This document shows, piece by piece, positions 1-9,454 of a DNA stretch of 63,988 bases. Origin of the DNA: Candidatus Atribacteria bacterium (GTDB lineage: Bacteria > Atribacterota > Phoenicimicrobiia > Phoenicimicrobiales > Stramentimicrobiaceae). The stretch's first letter is position 1. Each line of letters begins with the position of its first letter. The position numbers were made by a program, and so were the translations under genes. The DNA lies in the NCBI GenBank assembly GCA_029556475.1, contig JAKQEP010000029.1, positions 1 through 63,988 on the forward strand, written 5' to 3'. The notes beneath the pieces were generated by a model. The model saw nothing but the letters and a program-made list of their open reading frames with translations, searched no databases and was not told the DNA's origin.

Positions 1-13
1 CATCTTTGGTCAT
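1..13 (-). CDS. 5' end of a leftward gene that continues beyond the window edge (product unknown)
   Basis: The reverse strand reads GGAAGGAG (24-31), a 10-nt spacer, then ATG ACC AAA GAT G (13..1). Only 4 codons are visible. Confidence 0.3.
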
Positions 14-183
14 GTGTGCTCTGCTCCTTCCTATTGGATTTTGTTTTATCAACTATATTCTATAGGAAAGACAACATGCATGACCAGTTTTTTTATGTTA
101 GATAATTACTAAAGTGTCAACACGACTCGAAATTAGTACATATTAAAAAGTATGTTGAAAAAAAGTGTATATAAAGAAATAAT

Positions 184-239
184 TAAAAAATGGGCAATAA
201 ATTTATTTAGCAAAACATTCTGAATAAATAAATGCCCAT
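184..239 (-). terminator. Rho-independent terminator downstream of the thioredoxin gene
   Basis: On the minus strand, ATGGGCA (239..233) pairs with TGCCCAT (196..190). Further AT pairing lies inside the stem, and a T6 run follows (plus-strand A-run 185-190). Confidence 0.55.
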
Positions 240-277
240 CTTCGTATTAATTTTTAATAATGTTTAATTAGAATGAA

Positions 278-607
278 TTAAAGTATTTTATCCAGTTTTG
301 ATTGAATAGCTTGAGGAGGAACCGCTCCCACAATACGATCATACTCTTTACCATCCTTAAATATTAAAAGAGCAGGGATCCCCTGTATATTGTAACGGAC
401 TGCAATATTTTGATTATCATCAACATTCAATTTACATACCTTTAACTTAGCATTATTATCCTGGGCAATCTTTTCTACTGACGGTGCAACCATTCTACAG
501 GGCATACACCAGGGTGCCCACATATCAACCAATACAGGAAGAGGGGAATCGAGCACTTCCTCCTGAAAATTACTCTCATTTACTTCAATCAATGTTTTTT
601 CTGACAT
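278..607 (-). CDS. trxA: Thioredoxin with an atypical CMPC active site
   Basis: 109 aa with thioredoxin length and layout. The active-site context is DMWAPWCMPCRM, where the canonical motif is WCGPC. The motif GIPALLIFKDG is conserved. Confidence 0.9.
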   Translation of the reverse strand: MSEKTLIEVNESNFQEEVLDSPLPVLVDMWAPWCMPCRMVAPSVEKIAQDNNAKLKVCKLNVDDNQNIAVRYNIQGIPALLIFKDGKEYDRIVGAVPPQAIQSKLDKIL

Positions 608-618
608 AGTTATCTCCT

Positions 619-1062
619 TTAGAAATTATTTTCCATTATTTTTTCCAATAATTTTAAACCTTTTCTGATTATTTCAATATCTTCACTACCCAGTTCTGAT
701 GTTAAAAGCTGTTCGAATTTTTCTTCTTCCAGCTTTATACTCTCCTTTAAATTCCACCCTTTGTCGGTGAAATAAAGGAGTGTAGACCTGCGGTCGTCTT
801 CTCCTATCTTTCGTAACAATAAACCTTTTCTGACCAGATTATCAATAATTCTGCTGCTACGAGAAGGGGATAGGTTAATCTTTTTAGAAAAGTTCGAACA
901 AGTAATGGGTTCTTCTCCCTCCATTGCTTTGAGTCCTTTCAATTCTGCCAGGTTAATCTGACAGTAAGCGCTAATCCTTCTTTCATGGCAATGGCAAAAA
1001 TATTTTAATTTCAAAATTTGTTCATAGATATCTTTCATAATAACAATCATTGCTTCTAACAA
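619..1062 (-). CDS. MarR-family transcriptional regulator, Cys-rich N-terminus
   Basis: Winged-HTH region LSPSRSSRIIDNLVRKGLLLRKIGEDDRRSTLLYFTDKG. The N-terminus carries FCHCHERRISAYC plus a further Cys. The gene ends 12 nt upstream of trx on the same strand. The start may be an internal Met. Confidence 0.8.
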   Translation of the reverse strand: MLEAMIVIMKDIYEQILKLKYFCHCHERRISAYCQINLAELKGLKAMEGEEPITCSNFSKKINLSPSRSSRIIDNLVRKGLLLRKIGEDDRRSTLLYFTDKGWNLKESIKLEEEKFEQLLTSELGSEDIEIIRKGLKLLEKIMENNF

Positions 1063-1205
1063 ATATATTTAATAGCAATAATAACATAATCTAATGGTTT
1101 GTCAAGCTTAATTTGGTAATAATTTGTATTATCTTAAAAATATTAATAGAATTATGAATATGAAAAAGATCGAGAATAGAAAATAATATGTTGGTGTTAA
1201 GATAA

Positions 1206-2531
1206 ATGACCATAGCTTTTATTAGACATCCTGAGATTAAAAAAGAAAATATACCCGATTCTGTCTTGTTCATAATAAAGAGATTAGAGGGAGCAGGTTT
1301 TTTATCATTTTTGGTAGGGGGTTGCGTCAGGGATCTTATCTGCCAGAAAATCAGTAAGGATTGGGACATTGTTACTGATGCCAGCCCCGGACAGATTAAA
1401 AAGATTTTTTTTGATTATAAAGCCCTGCTTATAGGAAGAAGTTTTCAGACTATAACACTGATCATAGATTCTCAAACCTATCATATTTCGACCATTAGAG
1501 GTATTGGAGGTATAGGTGTTGGAGAAAATTGGAAAAATAATTTATTAGCTGAACAAGAGAAATACCAGCTCATCATAAATGATTTGCTCTGTCGTGATTT
1601 CACCATCAATTCTTTAGCCTTGAATCCTGATAAGGGTATTTTAGACCCCTCAGGTGGGTTACCAGACCTCAATAGAAAACTGATCCGTAGTTTAAAACCT
1701 ACCATTCGTTTTAGAGAAGACCCCTTAAGGATGATAAGAGCTGTTCGTATAGCCTGTCAGTTAAATTTTACTGTAGATTGTCTAACCGGTAAAAGTATAA
1801 TAAAACATGCTTTTTTAATTAATCAGGTCAGTCCGGAGCGAATAAGAGAAGAACTGTATGCAGTTTTTCAAACTTCTGAAGCAAAAAGAGGCATAATATT
1901 ACTGAGGCAATATGGGTTGGAGCAATACATTTTTAGTATAGATAAAATAAAAAGAGAGAGGATGTTTGACAAGGGATGGGAGTTAATACCGTCATCAGAA
2001 TTTGATGAGTACAGTAAAGAACTTTCTTGCTGGCTGGCTGTTTGGGGTAGATTCTCTTTCGGGTCCTGCCGACAGGCCCGAAAATTATATATACCTCTTC
2101 TCTATAATCTGAAATTTCATAGGGAAATTATAAAAAAACTTAAAATTCTGTTCAGTAGAGAATGGGTAACAATGGATTACAGTTCTGGTACGAATATACG
2201 CTTTCTAATGTCAGAATTGGGAAGAGAAAATTGTAAAACTATGTTTTATTTAAAAAAAATGTTGCTCTGGTCAGAAAAAAAAGTGGATATGCTGGCAAAA
2301 TTAAAAAGAGAAGAAGAGTTGCTAAAGAATGAATTAAAGAAAAATGCACCCATTTCTTTTAAAGACTTAGCAATTAAAGGAGAAGATTTGATAGAAATGG
2401 GAATACCTGAAGGGAAATGGTTAGGGGAAGTATTACAATCATTGTTGACCGAGGTACTGGTTTCACCAGAAAATAATAATAAAGATTTCCTGATAAGGAT
2501 GGCTAAAAAGTTTAGAGCAAACTATTATTAG
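1206..2531 (+). CDS. cca: tRNA nucleotidyltransferase (CCA-adding enzyme) / poly(A) polymerase family
   Basis: Class II nucleotidyltransferase motifs are present: GGCVRDL, DWDIVTD, RDFTINSLA and EDPLRMIRAVR. No HD domain is visible. Confidence 0.8.
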   Translation: MTIAFIRHPEIKKENIPDSVLFIIKRLEGAGFLSFLVGGCVRDLICQKISKDWDIVTDASPGQIKKIFFDYKALLIGRSFQTITLIIDSQTYHISTIRGIGGIGVGENWKNNLLAEQEKYQLIINDLLCRDFTINSLALNPDKGILDPSGGLPDLNRKLIRSLKPTIRFREDPLRMIRAVRIACQLNFTVDCLTGKSIIKHAFLINQVSPERIREELYAVFQTSEAKRGIILLRQYGLEQYIFSIDKIKRERMFDKGWELIPSSEFDEYSKELSCWLAVWGRFSFGSCRQARKLYIPLLYNLKFHREIIKKLKILFSREWVTMDYSSGTNIRFLMSELGRENCKTMFYLKKMLLWSEKKVDMLAKLKREEELLKNELKKNAPISFKDLAIKGEDLIEMGIPEGKWLGEVLQSLLTEVLVSPENNNKDFLIRMAKKFRANYY

Positions 2532-2624
2532 TAATTGAAAATATATTTGGCATAAGGTAGGTCATCATAAGCAAAATGTGATATAAATCCGATATAAAAA
2601 AACCATTAAGAAAGAAGGCATCTC

Positions 2625-3977
2625 ATGTTAGTACTATTAATAAACCCAATTGTTTTAATAAGTTTTTGCGTTTTTTTGGGAATATTATTTGGCAACATAA
2701 AGCTGGGAAGATTTAGTTTTAGTACTTCTGGCTCATTGTTTGTTGGTATAGTGGCAGGGTGGTTAATAGTCAAATATATTCATACTATTGGACCGGAAAG
2801 TGAGTTTTTTGGCATTGCCCAAAATATATTGAGTAAAGATATTGTAGATAAGAAATTTTTTGATTTATTCCTGGTACTTTTTATCGCCTCAGTTGGGCTG
2901 CTTGCAGCCCGAGATGTGGGAAGAGTAATAAAAAAGTATGGCTTGAAATTTATTACACTGGGTTTTCTAATTACCTTTATAGGGGCGGCTACAACCTATG
3001 GATTCAGTCTGTTTTATCCGGTGAGGAATCCTTATTTATATACTGGTGTCTATACCGGTGCCTTAACCAGCTCACCGGGATTAGGAGCTGCACTGGAATC
3101 TGTCCGTGTACACTCCGCTGAGTTAGCTGACAGATTTTCAGAGTTAAATGAGCCTGAAAGAAAGAGAATTTTAAACATTGTTGGCTATGAAGGATATTAT
3201 GATACCAACTCTTCTTTTCCTTTATCCCAAGAAGAAAAAGATAAATTGTCCAAAAATTCAGAGGCTGCAGTGGGAACTGGCTATGCAGTCAGTTATCCCT
3301 TCGGAGTAATAGTAGTAATTTTTGCGATGAATTTTTTCCCTCTTATCTTCAAGATAGATACAGATAAGGAGAAATTATTATTGATTGAAGAATTGCAAAA
3401 CCATAGTGAAAAAACTATTAATAAGATAAAAGAAGTCTATTTTGACCTGAGTGCTTTTTCTCTGGTCTGCCTGGTGGGATATTTTTTAGGTATTCTTAAA
3501 ATCACCATACCCTCATTAGGAGAGCTAAGTCTGGGCTCGACAGGTGGGGTTTTGATAGCTGCCTTAATATTAGGATATTTAGGAAATATAGGGCCATTTT
3601 GCTTCAGAATGGATAGCAAAGTTTTGGGTACTATTCGGACAATAACTCTCGCTTATTTCTTTGCCGTTATCGGTCTTAATTATGGTTACAGAGTAATTGA
3701 TTCTCTATCAGGACCAGGGCTGTTCCTGGCCTTTTCGTCTTTATTTATTGGCTCCATAGCAATGATTATCGGTTTTTTAGTGGGAAGATATCTCTTTAAA
3801 ATTAACTGGATTATGTTATCAGGCGCAATTTGCGGGGGAATGACCTCTACTCCTGGCCTTGGTGCTGCAATTGATTCCATAGGATGTGATGATCCTGCAG
3901 CCGGTTATGGAGCAGTATATCCTTTTGCTCTTTTAGGTATGGTGGTATTTTCAATATTGTTGAATCACATCATCTAA
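2625..3977 (+). CDS. AAE-family (YidE/YbjL/AspT-like) duplicated-domain transporter
   Basis: Polytopic membrane protein with an internal duplication. The paired motifs are GALTSSPGLGAA and GGMTSTPGLGAA, separated by a hydrophilic central loop. Confidence 0.65.
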   Translation: MLVLLINPIVLISFCVFLGILFGNIKLGRFSFSTSGSLFVGIVAGWLIVKYIHTIGPESEFFGIAQNILSKDIVDKKFFDLFLVLFIASVGLLAARDVGRVIKKYGLKFITLGFLITFIGAATTYGFSLFYPVRNPYLYTGVYTGALTSSPGLGAALESVRVHSAELADRFSELNEPERKRILNIVGYEGYYDTNSSFPLSQEEKDKLSKNSEAAVGTGYAVSYPFGVIVVIFAMNFFPLIFKIDTDKEKLLLIEELQNHSEKTINKIKEVYFDLSAFSLVCLVGYFLGILKITIPSLGELSLGSTGGVLIAALILGYLGNIGPFCFRMDSKVLGTIRTITLAYFFAVIGLNYGYRVIDSLSGPGLFLAFSSLFIGSIAMIIGFLVGRYLFKINWIMLSGAICGGMTSTPGLGAAIDSIGCDDPAAGYGAVYPFALLGMVVFSILLNHII

Positions 3978-3999
3978 AGGACTCAATAATGAGATAGAA

Positions 4000-4668
4000 T
4001 TAAATAGCAAATTCAATATTTTTTATCTCCAAAGGCTCCTTACTGATAAAGGATTCACCGAATTTCTGCCCAATTAACATACCATAATAACGATTAAGGC
4101 TTAAAATGTTTTCAAATAATGGACTATTCTGTATATTCTTTCCAAATTGAGATTCATAGCATTTTAAGGCTTCCACTTTCATTTCTATCTCTTTGCCTAT
4201 ATCTATAATGAAAGAAGGTTTTTGAAAATAATTTACCGGTGAGGCAAAATAATAGAAGATTTTGCTTTTTAAAAAATTGTGATTAATTTGTCTGAGGTTT
4301 GAGAGAGAACTATAACATATTTCAGCCACAGTTTTTATCTCAGGTTTTTCATGAGCAGGATAGGGAATAAATACAATATCCGGATAGATATTTTGATACA
4401 TATCTGAAATTTCTCCCCTAATTTCCTGCCTATTTTCTAATTCAGAATATTGGTAGTCCAGGGTTATTCTTTCATCAATACCCAGTATGCGACTGGACTT
4501 TATTGCCTCTTTCTTTAGAAATTCGGATGGATGGTTATTCAGATTTCTACCACTGGTTAGATCAATGATGGTAACCTGATGAGTTGCTTCAGTCAATTTT
4601 AATATTGTTCCACCCATGCCTGATTCTACCTGGTGTGGATGAACTCCAAAAGCGATGATTACAGCCAT
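4000..4668 (-). CDS. PIG-L/LmbE-family deacetylase-like protein with a divergent metal motif
   Basis: The N-terminus AVIIAFGVHPHQVESGMGGT aligns to the canonical AIGAHPDDiEiGcGGT. The two Asp residues of AHPDD are replaced by H and Q. Confidence 0.6.
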   Translation of the reverse strand: MAVIIAFGVHPHQVESGMGGTILKLTEATHQVTIIDLTSGRNLNNHPSEFLKKEAIKSSRILGIDERITLDYQYSELENRQEIRGEISDMYQNIYPDIVFIPYPAHEKPEIKTVAEICYSSLSNLRQINHNFLKSKIFYYFASPVNYFQKPSFIIDIGKEIEMKVEALKCYESQFGKNIQNSPLFENILSLNRYYGMLIGQKFGESFISKEPLEIKNIEFAI

Positions 4669-4963
4669 TATTTATAATTTCCTTTAATTGATATGTGATT
4701 AAATATATATGTATTTATAACATAATATTACAACTGTTTAAGTATTTGAAGAAAAAGAACTTAATGTTGGAAAGTTCTTCAACAAAGGATGAACTGCTCT
4801 ATACATTTTATTTGGTAATCATAAATATACCCTTTTCCTTTTAATTTGTAAATAAAAGAAGATTAATTAATCTATTTATCCAAAACAATTTTTTTCCTAA
4901 ACTTCCTTGACTCTTTGTTGTATAATTAAGTAGAAAAATAGAATATAGACTCTTAATTAAATG

Positions 4964-5128
4964 CTTCTTCGGGGCAGGGTGAGGCAATTATTCAATAATT
5001 GCCAATTCCCGATCGGTGGTAATTTGTTTTTAATCAAGGAAAGATTAGAAACAAAGAGCCCACGCGTCTATTCTGACTGATCCGGTGTAATCCCGGAGCC
5101 GACAGTAAAGTCTGGAAGAAAGAAGAAG
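4964..5128 (+). promoter_or_regulatory. FMN riboswitch (RFN element)
   Basis: Conserved RFN blocks are present: CTTCTTCGGGGCAGGGTGA, AATTCCCGATCGGTGGT, AGCCCACGCG and GATCCGGTGTAATCCCGGAGCCGACAGTAAAGTCTGGAAG. P1 is closed by GAAGAAG. Confidence 0.9.
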
Positions 5129-5140
5129 ATTATTGAAGAC

Positions 5141-5169
5141 AGCCCCGAAGAGATTCGTGGGCTTTTTTT
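5141..5169 (+). terminator. Intrinsic terminator forming the FMN riboswitch expression platform
   Basis: AGCCCCGAA-GAGA-TTCG(T)GGGCT forms a 9-bp stem with one bulge and a GAGA loop, followed by T7. The 5' arm GCCCCGAAG is also complementary to the P1 5' strand CTTCGGGGC (4967-4975), which would give an antiterminator. Confidence 0.7.
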
Positions 5170-5239
5170 ATTTTAAATAGGATTATCAATTCTAAAATTT
5201 AACATTTATTAATATCAATTAGTTGAAAGGAAAACAAAA

Positions 5240-5824
5240 ATGACCACCAGAAATATTGCTTACTATTCTATCTTTATTGCTCTGGCTGTGATTTCAGGCT
5301 ATTTAATTCATTTTCCCATTTTACCCCAGGCTCCCTTTCTATTGTATGACCCGGGACATGTTTTTTTACTGATTGCAGCTTTTAAATTTGGACCCCAGGC
5401 AGGAACAATTATGACTCTGGTCTATGCACTGGTATTTGCCTTGATTACCGGACAGGGTGGACCCTATGGAGCCCTGATGAACTTTCTTTCCACCAGTGCT
5501 TTTGTAATAGTCTCTTCCTGGATTTATTTAAAAAAGCATGACCGAAACGGTGCTATTATTGGGTTGTTCTCAGGCACAATTGCTATGACTGGTATTATGA
5601 TTCCAGCAAATTTGGTTATTACCCCACTATATTTAGCTGTAAATCGGGATATCGTCTGGAAACTTATTTTGCCGGCCATAATCCCCTTTAATCTTTTAAA
5701 AGGGCTCATCAGCAGTGTGTTTGCCCTTTTAGTTTATAAAAAAATATCCTTTCTATTGAACAAGACCGATTACAGTTTTAGTGTGACACATCCTCAAACA
5801 CCCCGGGAGCAAGACAGAAGCTGA
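5240..5824 (+). CDS. ribU: Riboflavin transporter, ECF S-component (RibU/YpaA-like)
   Basis: 194-aa protein with 5-6 predicted TM helices, lying directly behind the FMN riboswitch. The sequence resembles an ECF S component. Confidence 0.75.
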   Translation: MTTRNIAYYSIFIALAVISGYLIHFPILPQAPFLLYDPGHVFLLIAAFKFGPQAGTIMTLVYALVFALITGQGGPYGALMNFLSTSAFVIVSSWIYLKKHDRNGAIIGLFSGTIAMTGIMIPANLVITPLYLAVNRDIVWKLILPAIIPFNLLKGLISSVFALLVYKKISFLLNKTDYSFSVTHPQTPREQDRS

Positions 5825-5989
5825 GCATTATAATTATAGGGATAGACTCCTTTACCATCCCACTATTTTACTAAAAAACATAATTTTAAATTAACTATTT
5901 AAGATGCTATAATTGGAATGAGAGAATGAATTTTACCGAACAACAAAAAAATTGCTGGTAATACTTTTTAAGAGGAGATAGAAAAAAAT

Positions 5990-8752
5990 TTGATAAACAG
6001 ATTGAAAGGTCCCGGAAAGAAGGTATTGATAATTATACCGGTTTTACTAGCCATCTTGCTGATTGCTTTTATTGGCAGATTTTATATAACACTCATCTGG
6101 TTAAAAGCAGTTGGCTATGTTTCTGTTTTTTGGAGGATATTAATTGCCCAATTTTGGACGGGACTTTTTTTCACTGCCTTATTCTTTCTGCTAAGTTATT
6201 TCAATTTTAATTATGCTCGTCGTTATATCCCCACTGTTCAGTTAGGGTCAATTGAACCTGATGAGAGCAGACCGGAAATGCAATTCTATAAAAGCCTGCA
6301 GGGTTTTCAGTTGAGTAATAAAATTGTTTTAGGATTTTCAGCAGCTATCTCTTTATTCATGGGTATTTCTGAATCAGTTAATTGGGAAAAGATATTAATA
6401 TTTCTCAATCAGGTGTCTATGGGTATAGATGACCCTGTTTTTGGAAAAGATATTGGTTTCTACCTGTTCAGCCTACCTTTCTTAGAATATTTTAGAAATT
6501 GGCTGAGTTTTGCTATTGGCCTTATTATGTTAATTGTTGTATTGGTATATTTTGTGAAAAGAACTATTCGATTTGATTATCATAAAATACACATCGATCC
6601 TCCCGTAAAATTCCATATCTCACTACTGGTGGGAGCCTATTTATTCTTACAGGCAGCATATTTCTGGATTAACTCCCGTAAAATATTATATTCTACACAG
6701 GGAGCAGTCTATGGAGCTGGTTATACCGACATTCATGTAAGTCTTATGGCTTTCAGGGTCTCAACAATACTCTGTATCATAGCAGCAGTTATAGTAATGA
6801 TTTATTCCCGCAAAGAAGATATTCGCTTACCTTTAGTCAGCATTGTTTCAATAGTAGCAGTTTATCTACTATTAGTGGGATTTTTGCCCGGTATTGTACA
6901 GCGTGTAACGGTATCACCCAATGAACTGGACCGGGAAAGGCCCTATCTCATAAATGAAATTGACCTGACCAGAAAAGCCTTTGGATTGGATAAAATAAGA
7001 GAAGAAGATTTCCCTTTTGAAGGACATTTAAGTTATTCCGATATACAGAATAACCCTGAGACTATTAATAATATTCGTTTATGGGATTGGAGACCGCTGG
7101 AGCAAACCTTCAATCAGATTCAGGCCATTAGGCTTTACTATGAATTCTTTGGGGTGGATATTGACCGCTATTTTTTAAATGGTAATTATCAGCAGGTTAT
7201 GATTTCTGCCCGGGAATTAAATAATAAAAAATTAGCCCGCGAGGCACAAACCTGGGTTAATGAACGTCTTACCTTTACTCATGGATATGGAATAGTAATG
7301 ACCCCGGTGAACAGAGTGGAAACAGATGGGCTACCACACCTTTCTATTAAAGATATTCCTCCACTTTCTTCTACCGATTTACATATTTCCAGGCCGGAAA
7401 TATACTATGGGGAAAGAATGGAAAATTATGTCATTGTAAATACCGAGAACAGGGAATTTGATTATCCTAAAGGAAATGAAAATGTCTATACCCATTATCA
7501 GGGCACAGGTGGCATACCTATTTCTTCTTTTTTACGCCGATTGCTTTTTACTATACAATTTAGAGATGTAAATATACTATTGACCGGTAGTTTTACTAGG
7601 GAGAGTCGTATAATGCTCTATAGAAATGTTGTAGACCGTGCTATTAAAATTGCACCTTTTTTAGTATATGACCGTGACCCTTATATCGTCATTTCAGATG
7701 ATGGCAGACTGTACTGGATACAGGATGCCTACACTATTTCCAATCATTTTCCATATTCCCGACCCTATAATAAGATGTTCAATTATATACGTAATTCAGT
7801 AAAAATCATTGTTGATGCCTATAATGGTAATATCAATTTTTATATTGTGGAACCAGAAGACCCAATTATAAATGTCTATCAGAAGATTTTCCCTGGTTTA
7901 TTTAAAAATATTAAAGATATGCCCCAGGATCTTCGCCGGCATATTCGTTATCCAGTCGATCTTTTTAAAGTACAGTCAGAAATGTATTCTACTTACCACA
8001 TGCAGAATCCGGATGTATTCTATAATAAAGAAGATTACTGGAATATTCCCAATGAAATATATGCTACAGAAGAAATTATTCTGGAACCTTATTACCTCAT
8101 TGCCAAATTACCCGGTTTTGAAAAAGAAGAATTTATCCTGATAACACCTTTTACTCCTACCAATAAGAATAATATGATCGCCTGGCTGGCGGCTCGTAAT
8201 GATGGGGAAGAATATGGGAAGATGCTGGTTTATAAATTCCCCAAAGATAAATTGATTTATGGTCCTATGCAATTGGAAGCATTAATTGACCAGGATTCTG
8301 AAATCTCCCAGCAGATAACACTTTGGAGCCAGAGTGGTTCAACGGTGATCAGGGGAAATTTACTGGCCATTCCTATTGAAGATACGGTTCTCTATGCAGA
8401 GCCATTGTATCTGAGAGCTGAAAAAGGTGAAATACCACAACTGAGACGTGTTATTGTATCCGATGGGGTAAATTTAACTATGGATACAAATTTAGACAGA
8501 GCCTTAAGAAGGCTGTTTGATAGGCCAGTTGATGAAAAGAGAGAAGCCATCTTAAAAGAGGGGGTTACCTTAAACGATTTAATTAATAATGCCATTCGAT
8601 ACTACAGGGAAGCAAAGGATGCCTCCAGAGAGGGAAACTGGGCATTATACGGGCAGCGTTTAGAACAACTAGAAGAGACCTTAGAAATATTAAAAGGTTT
8701 TGTAGAGCAGGATGAATTACAAGAATTACAGGATTTACTTGAGGAGCCATAA
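5990..8752 (+). CDS. UPF0182-family large membrane protein (function unknown)
   Basis: 920 aa with a TTG start. A multi-TM N-terminal third is followed by a large soluble region with NIRLWDWRPL...IRLYYEFFGVDIDRY blocks, which I recall as UPF0182 family blocks. Confidence 0.7.
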   Translation: MINRLKGPGKKVLIIIPVLLAILLIAFIGRFYITLIWLKAVGYVSVFWRILIAQFWTGLFFTALFFLLSYFNFNYARRYIPTVQLGSIEPDESRPEMQFYKSLQGFQLSNKIVLGFSAAISLFMGISESVNWEKILIFLNQVSMGIDDPVFGKDIGFYLFSLPFLEYFRNWLSFAIGLIMLIVVLVYFVKRTIRFDYHKIHIDPPVKFHISLLVGAYLFLQAAYFWINSRKILYSTQGAVYGAGYTDIHVSLMAFRVSTILCIIAAVIVMIYSRKEDIRLPLVSIVSIVAVYLLLVGFLPGIVQRVTVSPNELDRERPYLINEIDLTRKAFGLDKIREEDFPFEGHLSYSDIQNNPETINNIRLWDWRPLEQTFNQIQAIRLYYEFFGVDIDRYFLNGNYQQVMISARELNNKKLAREAQTWVNERLTFTHGYGIVMTPVNRVETDGLPHLSIKDIPPLSSTDLHISRPEIYYGERMENYVIVNTENREFDYPKGNENVYTHYQGTGGIPISSFLRRLLFTIQFRDVNILLTGSFTRESRIMLYRNVVDRAIKIAPFLVYDRDPYIVISDDGRLYWIQDAYTISNHFPYSRPYNKMFNYIRNSVKIIVDAYNGNINFYIVEPEDPIINVYQKIFPGLFKNIKDMPQDLRRHIRYPVDLFKVQSEMYSTYHMQNPDVFYNKEDYWNIPNEIYATEEIILEPYYLIAKLPGFEKEEFILITPFTPTNKNNMIAWLAARNDGEEYGKMLVYKFPKDKLIYGPMQLEALIDQDSEISQQITLWSQSGSTVIRGNLLAIPIEDTVLYAEPLYLRAEKGEIPQLRRVIVSDGVNLTMDTNLDRALRRLFDRPVDEKREAILKEGVTLNDLINNAIRYYREAKDASREGNWALYGQRLEQLEETLEILKGFVEQDELQELQDLLEEP

Positions 8753-8822
8753 TTATTATAAAATTGTAAATTATTAATATTAAGTGCAATAAAGGTAAAT
8801 TGTTTGGAGTTGCTTAATATTT

Positions 8823-9311
8823 TTAGGTTAATTCTATCATATGTACATTTAAGTCAGCCAAATCAAAAATTGCGACAGTACTTTTCCCGGTGAGCCACCC
8901 GCCACATTCTCCCGGATTGATAACCGTTGTCTTACCCTCTTTATAATAATCAATCTTGTGTGTATGTCCATAAATAATGAGGTCATATTGCTTGCTTCTG
9001 GCTAAATCAGATATAACATCATCCTTATGAAACATGATTATTTTTTTGCCATCAATTTCTGTCTTATAGGGCTCAGGATAGATTGAGCCAATTTTTTGGA
9101 ATTGTTCCAACAGAAATAGTCGGTCACCATCATTGTTACCAAACACTCCTAGAAAAGGACAATAAATATTCTTTATTTCTCTGGCAGTAAAAGGTGAGAC
9201 AAAATCACCTGCATGAAACAAGATAGAAATCTTTTCTCTATTAAAGATTTCTACTGCCCTCCTTATTTTAACTAAATTATCATGACTATCAGACATAATC
9301 CCAATTTTCAC
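8823..9311 (-). CDS. YfcE/MJ0936-family metallophosphoesterase
   Basis: Motifs SDSHDN, GDFVSP, GNNDGD and GHTH are present in a 162-aa protein. Confidence 0.8.
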   Translation of the reverse strand: MKIGIMSDSHDNLVKIRRAVEIFNREKISILFHAGDFVSPFTAREIKNIYCPFLGVFGNNDGDRLFLLEQFQKIGSIYPEPYKTEIDGKKIIMFHKDDVISDLARSKQYDLIIYGHTHKIDYYKEGKTTVINPGECGGWLTGKSTVAIFDLADLNVHMIELT

Positions 9312-9454
9312 TTATACCCCTTTTGCAAAATGTTTTATCAGTAATTATAAATATCTATTTTGACAAACTTTTTTACCCAAATGTTATAATGACTCCCCCA
9401 ATCTCTATAAAAACCATTTAATTTGATAAAATTTATTATTGATAAAGCAAGGAA

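Noticed and set aside
4907-4926. TTGACT ... TATAAT pair upstream of the FMN riboswitch as its promoter
   Set aside because: The two hexamers are only 8 nt apart, which is incompatible with sigma-70 spacing. The true promoter could not be fixed with confidence.
7872-8141. Same-strand out-of-frame ORFs inside larger genes (7872-8141 in UPF0182, 43548-43877 in the symporter)
   Set aside because: They are nested in an alternative frame of well-supported long ORFs. They have no SD and odd composition.
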